From sequence record NC_024790.1: a DNA stretch of 64,000 nt. One strand, written 5' to 3'. Of the stretch, positions 1 through 7,691 are shown piece after piece; the stretch's first letter is position 1; the number at the start of each line of letters is the position of its first letter. This DNA is from Escherichia phage vB_EcoP_PhAPEC7. The notes under the pieces are model-generated. The model was not told the origin of the DNA. It did not search any database and saw only the letters and a list, made by a program, of their open reading frames with translations. The translations under genes and the position numbers were made by a program.

Positions 1-654
1 AAAAACCCTGCTGAAGAAGGCTTCTGGCCTAACAACATTGTGGACATGCAGTCGGTCACTATCGACATGCAAGCTACCCCACGATTGACTGTTGCTACCA
101 AACTGCCTCGTGTAGTCTCCACCATCGAAGGCGAAGACATTAACTGGCATATTGATGTGGCAGGTGGTAAAGCACCATTTACTTATAAGTGGCAATTCAA
201 AGCTGATACTGCTGGTGCAGTATTCGCTGATATTGATTCTGGTGATAACGCATCTGCTGCTACTGCAACATTGACCATTAGTAATGTAACAGCTACTTCT
301 GCTGGTACTTATAAAGTGATTGTTACTGATGCTAATGGAACCACGGTAGAAGATACCTCGTTGCTGGCTGTAGGCTATTACGAAGCAAGCTCACTGGTAG
401 CTACCCCTGCTTCACTGACTCTATCTGTTGCTGAAGATACTGCTGCTGGTAAGACTGTAACCATTGCTGCTATACCTGTTGGTTCATCTGCTGGTACTTT
501 ATCTATTAAGACTGCTCCAGATTCCGGTCGTGCTACAGCTACCATTACTGGTAACGTACTGACAGTTAAACCTGTGGCTGCTGGTGAAGCTACTTCTGTA
601 GTAGTTACCAATGGTACTGTCGATGTAACCATCGCTATTACTGTTGCAGAGTAA
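1..654 (+). CDS. Ig-like/BIG2-like domain protein, 5-prime partial (frame is open to the window start)
   Basis: Reading frame has no stop back to position 1. Repeated Thr/Ala/Val-rich beta-strand segments of immunoglobulin-like type (YKWQF...TLTISNVTATSAGTYKVIVTDANG). Confidence 0.45.
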   Translation, partial: KNPAEEGFWPNNIVDMQSVTIDMQATPRLTVATKLPRVVSTIEGEDINWHIDVAGGKAPFTYKWQFKADTAGAVFADIDSGDNASAATATLTISNVTATSAGTYKVIVTDANGTTVEDTSLLAVGYYEASSLVATPASLTLSVAEDTAAGKTVTIAAIPVGSSAGTLSIKTAPDSGRATATITGNVLTVKPVAAGEATSVVVTNGTVDVTIAITVAE

Positions 655-704
655 GGGTATCCCTTATTTGGGGTTATAAACCCCGAAATGAAACCCTCAA
701 GTTT

Positions 705-734
705 GACCTCCCTACTAATGGGAGGTCTTTTTTT
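705..734 (+). terminator. Rho-independent terminator
   Basis: Hairpin GACCTCCC-tactaat-GGGAGGTC followed by TTTTTTT, just after the stop at 654. Confidence 0.6.
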
Positions 735-759
735 GACTTAAACAAACTGGAGCCAGGAA

Positions 760-948
760 ATGTATAAAGAGATTGCACTCTTCTCGTTCATATTAGGTGG
801 GTTCATTGGTGCAGGAATTGTAGCTATTTCTAATACCTACTTTGGTTCTACTCCAAATTCTGTAACACAAACCCTCAAGCATGAATGTGAATTGAATATC
901 CCTCGTAATCAAAACTGCGTAATGCAGTTCGTACCGGAGAAGAAATGA
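760..948 (+). CDS. Small hydrophobic hypothetical protein
   Basis: ORF with hydrophobic N-terminus (FSFILGGFIGAGIVAI); the upstream ACTGGAG motif supplies a GGAG ribosome-binding site. Confidence 0.35.
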   Translation: MYKEIALFSFILGGFIGAGIVAISNTYFGSTPNSVTQTLKHECELNIPRNQNCVMQFVPEKK

Positions 949-1130
949 AACTTACCCAGTCCCAAGCAATTTTCCTTCGCATGGTTCAAGGTGGTTCTGC
1001 CACCAGCAACCGTAATAACAAAACCGCACAGTCTCTTAAGAAGCTGGGCTTAGTACAGTTCAATGCTGGTCTTGGGTGGTCATTAACCCCTACCGGAGTA
1101 CTTCAACTCGACACGTTAAAAGGTAACTAA
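945..1130 (+). CDS. Hypothetical protein
   Basis: ORF overlapping the previous stop by 4 nt (operon-style coupling). Confidence 0.3.
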   Translation: MKLTQSQAIFLRMVQGGSATSNRNNKTAQSLKKLGLVQFNAGLGWSLTPTGVLQLDTLKGN

Positions 1131-1457
1131 ATGAAAACTTTATTTGCTGTTGTTCTAGTAGCTTTATCAGTTATGTCATTCGGTGCTCAGGCATCTAGTC
1201 GTGCAACCTTATTGGAAGCTGCTGCTGATTACAAAGCCGATAAGGGAAACTTTTTGAACCAGGGTTACTTCATGGGCATGGTTACCATGGGTGTAGAAGC
1301 AGGAAATAACTGTGTACCTGACAATATGAAGTTAGGGCACATTTTTGACAAAGTGGCCTCTATTATTCTGTATGACCGAAAGGTTAATGCAGTAAAAATA
1401 CCATCAGACATGGTTCTGCTAGCGATTGATACAGCGTATCCATGCGTTAAATCTTAA
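1131..1457 (+). CDS. Hypothetical secreted protein
   Basis: N-terminal signal-peptide-like segment MKTLFAVVLVALSVMSFGAQASS. Confidence 0.4.
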   Translation: MKTLFAVVLVALSVMSFGAQASSRATLLEAAADYKADKGNFLNQGYFMGMVTMGVEAGNNCVPDNMKLGHIFDKVASIILYDRKVNAVKIPSDMVLLAIDTAYPCVKS

Positions 1458-1491
1458 TTAGTAATTCCATTAACTTTAGGAGAGTAAGTAA

Positions 1492-2544
1492 ATGGCGAGC
1501 ATTGACTCCTTGACTGTATGTAATACACGCCAAGCCCGTAATTTTATTATCCGTGCCCTGCAAGCAGGTAACGTACCGTTCCTGACTTCATCACCAGGCA
1601 TGGGTAAATCTGCAATTATCCGTTCTGTTGCAGAAGAATTTGGCATGAAGCTGATTGACCATCGTCTGTCTACTTCTGCCCCGGAAGACCTGTCTGGTCT
1701 ACCATTCCGTAATGGTGACCGTGCAGAATTTATCCCATTCGCTGACTTATTCCCTATCGAGGGAGATGAAGTACCGGAAGGTTATAATGGCTGGCTCCTG
1801 TTCCTTGATGAGTTCAACTCAGCTAAGAAAGAAGTAGTAGCTGCAGCATACAAACTGATTTTAGACCGCATGACTGGACAGAAGAAACTTCACCCTAATG
1901 TGATGATTATCTGTGCCGGTAACAAAGCTACTGACCGTGCTATCGTTAACCCACTGGGTACTGCAATGCAGTCTCGTGTTGTCCACTTCGAAATGGAACT
2001 TAACTTCGACATCTTTGTTGAAGACGTAATGATTCCGCAGGAATGGGATGAACGTCTGGTTGCATTCTTACATGCTAACCCTGGCTATCTGCATGACTTC
2101 GATCCTGCCCACAAGAACAAAACGTTCTGTTGTCCTCGTACCTGGGACTTTGTTAACAAAGACCTCAAGAATCGACCAGAAGGTGCTCTGCCTGATGAAG
2201 ATTCCCTATACTACAGTGGATTTGTTACACCAGGTAAGGCTGTAGAGTTTGTTCAGTTCACTCAGGTATACAATCGTATGATTACGATTGAGAAGGTAGT
2301 CAAAGACCCGCTGGGCTGTGCACTGCCTGAAGATAATAACCTGTGCTGGGCTACCGTTAACCATCTGGCTAACAAGACTACTGAAGATAACTTCGCTGAT
2401 GTACTTCAGTATATTGAACGCTTTAAAACGTTCACTCATAAGATTCTGTACTTCCGTACAGTAGGCAGAGCATTACCAGAAATTCAGGCTACCCCTGAAT
2501 GGCGTAAGGCTGCTGCCAATATCTCTCGTTACATTCACGGATAA
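1492..2544 (+). CDS. AAA+ ATPase (MoxR-like)
   Basis: Walker A SPGMGKSA and Walker B LLFLDEFN; strong RBS AGGAG upstream; followed by a VWA protein, the usual MoxR/VWA pairing. Confidence 0.6.
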   Translation: MASIDSLTVCNTRQARNFIIRALQAGNVPFLTSSPGMGKSAIIRSVAEEFGMKLIDHRLSTSAPEDLSGLPFRNGDRAEFIPFADLFPIEGDEVPEGYNGWLLFLDEFNSAKKEVVAAAYKLILDRMTGQKKLHPNVMIICAGNKATDRAIVNPLGTAMQSRVVHFEMELNFDIFVEDVMIPQEWDERLVAFLHANPGYLHDFDPAHKNKTFCCPRTWDFVNKDLKNRPEGALPDEDSLYYSGFVTPGKAVEFVQFTQVYNRMITIEKVVKDPLGCALPEDNNLCWATVNHLANKTTEDNFADVLQYIERFKTFTHKILYFRTVGRALPEIQATPEWRKAAANISRYIHG

Positions 2545-2551
2545 TCACAAC

Positions 2552-3727
2552 ATGAACCAGATACCTCAGCACACACTTAGTGATGAACAACTCATGCGTG
2601 AGTATGACCGTATTCAGGCGCAGGCATTCCTTGGACGTAGTGCAGCGTTTTTTGGTTCATTGCTGTGTAGTCTTAAGTTCTCATGGAAACGCGAGGACTG
2701 CCCTACTGCATGTACTGACGGGATAGAACTCCATTTCAATCCAGACTTCTTTATCTGGATGTGCCCTGATGCGAGAGAAACAGTGCTAATGCACGAACTC
2801 TGGCATGTGGCATATCTACATGGCATCCGCTGTGGAAGCCGTGACCCGGAAATCTGGAACCAGGCATGTGACCACTTCATTAACCTTCAGTTAGAGGAAG
2901 ATGGATACAAGTTCACTGGTATCGACAAAGGCATTTGCAAAGACCCTCAATATAAAGGTTGGGTCGAAGAAGACATCTACGATGACCTGATGAAGAACCC
3001 TCAGAAAAGGCAGAAGCCGTCAGGGGGTGCTGGAGCAGGTCTTGCTGGCGACATGAAAGCTCCCTCTTCGGGGCAGTCCCAGGGTGCTGTTGTCAACAAC
3101 GTAGTACGTGCAATGCAAAGCCAGAAGATGGCTGGTGGAATGATGCCCGGTAAAGGTGCTGGTCGTATGGAAGAGGTAATTACCCAATTCCTTAAGCCAG
3201 TGGTTCCATGGCAGGAAGTCCTGCTGAACTTCTTTACCGACATTGATGACTCACACTATACGTGGGCCAGACCTAACCGTCGTTTTACTGACATCTATCT
3301 ACCATCTCTGGAAGATGATGAAGGACGCTTACGACACTTAGCTTACTTTGAAGATGTATCTGGTTCCATTAGTAGTGCTGACTCTCTACGTTTTAACTCA
3401 GAGGTTGCCTACGTTAAGAGCCAGTTCAATCCTAAGAAGATGACCCTTATTACCTTCGACGATATTATCCAAGAAGAAATAGACATCACTGAAGAAGATA
3501 CTTTTGAAGAAATTAAGATTACTGGTCGTGGTGGTACAAACCTTGAACCAGTGCGTGAATGGATTATTAAGAATAAGCCAACCGCTGCAATCATATTCTC
3601 CGATATGTATGTTCGTCCAATGGAAGAATTACCATTTGATATCCCTATCATCTGGTGTGTTCTGAATAATCCCAATGCTACCGTACCTTTTGGGGAGGTA
3701 GTTCATATCCCTAAAGGAATGAAATAA
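2552..3727 (+). CDS. VWA domain protein with N-terminal HExxH metallopeptidase-like motif
   Basis: HELWH motif near the N-terminus; MIDAS-like DVSGS motif in the C-terminal half; adjacent to the AAA ATPase. Confidence 0.55.
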   Translation: MNQIPQHTLSDEQLMREYDRIQAQAFLGRSAAFFGSLLCSLKFSWKREDCPTACTDGIELHFNPDFFIWMCPDARETVLMHELWHVAYLHGIRCGSRDPEIWNQACDHFINLQLEEDGYKFTGIDKGICKDPQYKGWVEEDIYDDLMKNPQKRQKPSGGAGAGLAGDMKAPSSGQSQGAVVNNVVRAMQSQKMAGGMMPGKGAGRMEEVITQFLKPVVPWQEVLLNFFTDIDDSHYTWARPNRRFTDIYLPSLEDDEGRLRHLAYFEDVSGSISSADSLRFNSEVAYVKSQFNPKKMTLITFDDIIQEEIDITEEDTFEEIKITGRGGTNLEPVREWIIKNKPTAAIIFSDMYVRPMEELPFDIPIIWCVLNNPNATVPFGEVVHIPKGMK

Positions 3728-4233
3728 TGGTTGTTAATGGTAATTCTCTATACCGTTCATCCCAATTGCTGGATGTTCCGGACCATAAGGTATCGGAACA
3801 TGGCGTAAGCTACGGACTAGGTGAAGCTGGTTATGATATTCGTATTAAGCAAGATATCACCTTCTATCGCTTATTTGGGTTGATTCCAATGGTGAAGACT
3901 GTCGATGCTGGGGTTGTTAAACGCCACTTCGGTAAATTCGCATTGGCTTCGGCAATTGAGAAGTTCAACATGTCTCCGTCCTGTGTAGCTATCGTTCACG
4001 ATAAGTCTACATGGGCAAGACGTGCATTATCAGTGTTCAATACCGTAATAGAACCAGGATGGAAAGGGCATCTTACCCTCGAACTGGTCTATCACGGTCG
4101 TAAGAAACTGCATATCCCGGCAGGTGCTGGGATAGCTCAAGTATTATTTCATCTGGTTCAAGAACCTGCTAATTACAATGGCAAGTATCAGAACCAGGAA
4201 GACAAACCAGTATCTGCTAGACCTTCAAAATAA
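3727..4233 (+). CDS. dCTP deaminase / dUTPase-like protein
   Basis: 168 aa; start overlaps the upstream stop; sequence resembles the dCTP deaminase/dUTPase fold. Not verified by search. Confidence 0.4.
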   Translation: MVVNGNSLYRSSQLLDVPDHKVSEHGVSYGLGEAGYDIRIKQDITFYRLFGLIPMVKTVDAGVVKRHFGKFALASAIEKFNMSPSCVAIVHDKSTWARRALSVFNTVIEPGWKGHLTLELVYHGRKKLHIPAGAGIAQVLFHLVQEPANYNGKYQNQEDKPVSARPSK

Positions 4234-4263
4234 AAGGCTATCCAGATTAACCAAGGAAACAAC

Positions 4264-4449
4264 ATGTCAGTATTTCAAGTAACTCCTGTTGATAGTACCC
4301 AGCGTAAAACTATTGTTGCAACTAACGTAGTAGACGTAGATGAAACTCCGGCTGGTGCTGTAATTCATCTCATTGATGGGCGAACTATAACTGTAAAAGA
4401 AAGCTACCGTTCGGTACGCGGTTACATTCGCAAAGCTTTAGCTGAGTAA
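4264..4449 (+). CDS. Hypothetical protein
   Basis: 61-aa ORF with RBS-like AGGAAAC upstream. Confidence 0.3.
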   Translation: MSVFQVTPVDSTQRKTIVATNVVDVDETPAGAVIHLIDGRTITVKESYRSVRGYIRKALAE

Positions 4450-4486
4450 GTAGCTGCCTAAATAGCCCAGCATAGTTGGGCTATTT

Positions 4487-4765
4487 GTGAAGAAACTAAC
4501 TCAACCCCACATAGGAACCATCATGGAATCTTTAGCAGCAATCCTTATTCTGTTATTTGCACTAGCTGTATACCTTATCCCTACTATTATTGCTTTTGCA
4601 CGAGGCCATGCCTCTAAGTGGGGCATTGGTGTACTCAATATCGTATTAGGCTGGTCTTTAGTCTTCTGGGTAGTAGCACTGATCTGGTCACTGTCCAACA
4701 AAGGTCAGAACCAAGTTACAAATGTAACTGTTGTTCAAACCAATGGTGGCAGTAAAGCAGAGTAA
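4487..4765 (+). CDS. Small two-pass membrane protein, superinfection-immunity-like
   Basis: Two hydrophobic helices with the motif IIAFARGH...NIVLGWSLVFWVVALIWS, resembling the Imm superinfection-immunity family. Confidence 0.4.
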   Translation: MKKLTQPHIGTIMESLAAILILLFALAVYLIPTIIAFARGHASKWGIGVLNIVLGWSLVFWVVALIWSLSNKGQNQVTNVTVVQTNGGSKAE

Positions 4766-4840
4766 CTAACTTAAGCATCATTGCATAGTGGTGCTTGTGG
4801 AAGTTACTTCCAGCTCATTGCTTATCCATCTCCTAATCCA

Positions 4841-4866
4841 AGCCCACCTAACCCGTGGGCTTTTTT
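4841..4866 (+). terminator. Rho-independent terminator
   Basis: Hairpin AGCCCAC-ctaaccc-GTGGGCT followed by TTTTTT. It lies inside the computed ORF 4781..5263, so that gene more likely starts at 4883. Confidence 0.55.
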
Positions 4867-4882
4867 AATTACAGGTACTCTT

Positions 4883-5263
4883 ATGTCAAACAGACAAAAT
4901 GGTAAGTCTATCTTATATGGACTGGACTTAAGTAAACTGGAACAAACTGCAATGCTTACTTTAGGCAAAACTATACATGACCAAGTAGAGAATGAAATAG
5001 AATCAGATGTTTATGCAGCAATGCAAGCTACTATTCTGAAAGGATGGAATATTAGATCATTTAATGCTTTCCCATACATCCCTCCCGAACCTCATCTGAA
5101 ATCTAAGGTAGACCGTATCATAGATAAGTTCTGGCTTAGCCCGTGTGACGAAATGCATCTTTACCTGGCTCAAATACAAAAGAATCCTCGTACTAAGGAT
5201 GTGTTCAAAAGCAAGAGCACTACCCATCATTACCCTTGGTATAGAAGAGGTAGCAAATATTAA
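4883..5263 (+). CDS. Hypothetical protein (start trimmed to the ATG after the terminator)
   Basis: In-frame ATG at 4883 (MSNRQNGK...) downstream of the terminator. Confidence 0.35.
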   Translation: MSNRQNGKSILYGLDLSKLEQTAMLTLGKTIHDQVENEIESDVYAAMQATILKGWNIRSFNAFPYIPPEPHLKSKVDRIIDKFWLSPCDEMHLYLAQIQKNPRTKDVFKSKSTTHHYPWYRRGSKY

Positions 5264-5706
5264 TGCGTATTCCATTCCTAAGAAAAAGGGAACGAAATCC
5301 TGTTCTTTATAATAAAGGCATAGAGGATGAGTATGAACTCAACCGTAAAGCCCGTTCCTACGCAACAAAATTGTTCATGGGTACTAACACCCCAGATAGA
5401 TTACTGGACTTTGTTTTCGAACAAGTCTTTATCATATACAGCTTAGCTATGTCTGCTGGTTCACAAGAAGTAAGTGATAAGGCAAGATATGCTCTCTGTA
5501 TGCTCCGTAAAGAGTATGAAGCCCTCATGTATGAAGACTTGTACTCCTTTAAAAAAGAAACCGCTGTAGCGTGTTCTGTGGCTCTTACTGAAGGTATAGC
5601 AGTATTACAGGAACTACCTCGTAGTGAGTTTAAGCTGGTATATGTTCAGGCCAAGAGGATTACAGAAAACCGTAGTGGTATTACCAACTATCTAAGGTCA
5701 TTCTAA
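5263..5706 (+). CDS. Hypothetical protein
   Basis: 147-aa ORF, coupled start/stop with its neighbours. Confidence 0.3.
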   Translation: MRIPFLRKRERNPVLYNKGIEDEYELNRKARSYATKLFMGTNTPDRLLDFVFEQVFIIYSLAMSAGSQEVSDKARYALCMLRKEYEALMYEDLYSFKKETAVACSVALTEGIAVLQELPRSEFKLVYVQAKRITENRSGITNYLRSF

Positions 5707-6650
5707 TGATTAAGGCAACTGTCATTGCAGATTCCGTTCATCATGCAACGGGTACTCGTATTACTACCTTTGAATTGGTTTATCCCCGATTCATCCACAG
5801 TGAGTTTATGACTCACCGTGTATTCAACCGCAATGCTTCAAGTAGTCGTGCTATCCCTACTTCTAAGTTCATCGAACAGGTTCGTAATGAACCAGTGATG
5901 CCAAGTCATTGGGGCAAGAACCAGAAAGGTATGCAAGCAGATGAAGAACTCACTCCTAAAGAGATTGAGGATGCTAAGTTTATCTGGGATAACGCTGCAT
6001 CTGCTGCTGCTGTATACGCTGAGCAACTGCGTCGTGGACAAGTACATAAGCAGATTGTTAACCGTATTCTGGAACCATTCACACATATTCGTGTGGTGGT
6101 AACTTCAACTAGCTGGGCTAACTTCTATGGCTTACGTGACCACGAAGATGCCCAACCAGAGATTCGTGAACTGGCTCAAGCAATGCGTAAGGCACATAAT
6201 GAAAGCACTCCGAGAGCACTCCCACAAGGGGAATGGCATTTACCGTATATTGCTCATATTGATCGTGTCGGGGCTTATAATTACTGCAAACATCAGCGAA
6301 TTACTCGTGATGAGCCAAGTAGTGAAGAAGTGTATGGCTTACTTCTTAAAGTAAGTGCTGCTCGTTGTGCTCGTGCTTCTTACAACAACTTCGAAGGCCG
6401 TCCTTCTACTATTGAAGAGGACTTAGGATTGTTTGCTAAGTTAGTTGAGAACCAACCTATTCATGCATCCCCTACAGAACACCAGGCAACTCCTATGTTG
6501 TTCGGTGATAAGTTCATTAACAACCAGAATCCATTAACATGGGAACAGGGTGTTACCTCTATGGATAGAGAAGGTAAGTTGTATTCAGGCAACTTACTGG
6601 ATTTCATCCAATTTAGGAAACTAATCCCCGGAGAAACAATTACAGAATGA
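5706..6650 (+). CDS. thyX: Flavin-dependent thymidylate synthase (ThyX)-like
   Basis: Segment HSEFMTHRVFNRNASSSRAIP resembles the ThyX RHR-x7-S signature region; nucleotide-metabolism context. Needs an HMM check. Confidence 0.45.
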   Translation: MIKATVIADSVHHATGTRITTFELVYPRFIHSEFMTHRVFNRNASSSRAIPTSKFIEQVRNEPVMPSHWGKNQKGMQADEELTPKEIEDAKFIWDNAASAAAVYAEQLRRGQVHKQIVNRILEPFTHIRVVVTSTSWANFYGLRDHEDAQPEIRELAQAMRKAHNESTPRALPQGEWHLPYIAHIDRVGAYNYCKHQRITRDEPSSEEVYGLLLKVSAARCARASYNNFEGRPSTIEEDLGLFAKLVENQPIHASPTEHQATPMLFGDKFINNQNPLTWEQGVTSMDREGKLYSGNLLDFIQFRKLIPGETITE

Positions 6651-6886
6651 AACGTTTAGCTATCCAAGCAATGATTATAAGTATCATCCTGGTTCTGGAA
6701 TTTGTATTTGCACTACATGGTGCACAGAGCCTGGAAGAGATGTTCTTCGTAGTAGCCCGTTTCTCTGCGTGTGTTCTTAACCTATGGTGTGTGTATTACT
6801 ATGCACGCGACTATGTAGCTATCAAGGAACAGGATGATGCTAAGGAACGTCTATTACAATTCTTCGTAGGACGGAATCGTAAGTAA
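6647..6886 (+). CDS. Small membrane protein
   Basis: Hydrophobic N-terminal helix (AIQAMIISIILVLEFVFAL). Confidence 0.3.
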   Translation: MKRLAIQAMIISIILVLEFVFALHGAQSLEEMFFVVARFSACVLNLWCVYYYARDYVAIKEQDDAKERLLQFFVGRNRK

Positions 6887-6892
6887 ACCTAA

Positions 6893-6917
6893 GACCTCCT
6901 CCGGGAGGTCTTTTTTT
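6893..6917 (+). terminator. Rho-independent terminator
   Basis: Hairpin GACCTCC-tccg-GGAGGTC followed by TTTTTTT; near-identical stem to the terminator at 705. Confidence 0.6.
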
Positions 6918-6945
6918 GATTCTATTAACTCTTTTAGGAGGGCAT

Positions 6946-7161
6946 ATGCCTGCTAAATACCGTATCAAAGACACGCCTGTAATGGACTCACAAGTCAATA
7001 AAGGTGATGTTGTTTATGCCTGTACACAGGATGATTTCGACACTGCTATCAGCATGTCCCAGATTACTGGTATTCATCATGTGTCCGTAACCCTAGACCC
7101 CACAGGGGATTATCCATTCTTCCCCATCCCCACTCATAACCTGGAGCAAATCCATGATTAA
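6946..7161 (+). CDS. Hypothetical protein
   Basis: ATG at 6946 preceded by AGGAGGG; the computed ORF start at 6916 is a TTG inside the terminator T-run. Confidence 0.35.
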   Translation: MPAKYRIKDTPVMDSQVNKGDVVYACTQDDFDTAISMSQITGIHHVSVTLDPTGDYPFFPIPTHNLEQIHD

Positions 7162-7480
7162 TCCTGAAGTTATTCATAGTAAAACTGGTAAGGCTGTTCC
7201 ACTTAGCGATATTGCAGTTACTGGTGATATTGCTGCTTGTCCGGCTAACATCGCTTCCCTGTGTATGTGCATTGCTGCACTAGCAGAGGAACGTAAATTA
7301 TGGCTGGAACCAAGCAAAGAGATGATTCAGGCTGGTTTGGCAGAAGTACAAAGAACCGTAGACCAGTGGCATGAAGAGTCATTCGCTGGCTTATGTATGC
7401 CAGAAGATTTAACTGATGATATGGCATCAGATATGGCTGTATTCGTCCTTCAAGCAATGGCAGGTAAACGCAATGGCTAA
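7154..7480 (+). CDS. Hypothetical protein
   Basis: 108-aa ORF, overlapping starts and stops. Confidence 0.3.
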   Translation: MINPEVIHSKTGKAVPLSDIAVTGDIAACPANIASLCMCIAALAEERKLWLEPSKEMIQAGLAEVQRTVDQWHEESFAGLCMPEDLTDDMASDMAVFVLQAMAGKRNG

Positions 7481-7664
7481 TGTAAACATCGCCTCAGAGA
7501 AAACGTATAGCATTCAGATTAATGGCTTAACCGAATATCAGGTCTTATTCCTAATGAATGCTTTTCAAAACAGTCCAGTGGGTCACCACCCTAATGATGA
7601 ACCGCTGGAAGAAGCTGAACTTCGCAAAGCTATTTTTGATAAGTGCAAACAAGTTCTACTTTAA
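7473..7664 (+). CDS. Hypothetical protein
   Basis: ATG at 7473 overlapping the upstream stop. Confidence 0.3.
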   Translation: MANVNIASEKTYSIQINGLTEYQVLFLMNAFQNSPVGHHPNDEPLEEAELRKAIFDKCKQVLL

Positions 7665-7691
7665 GCAACATTTAAACTGGAGAGTAAATAA

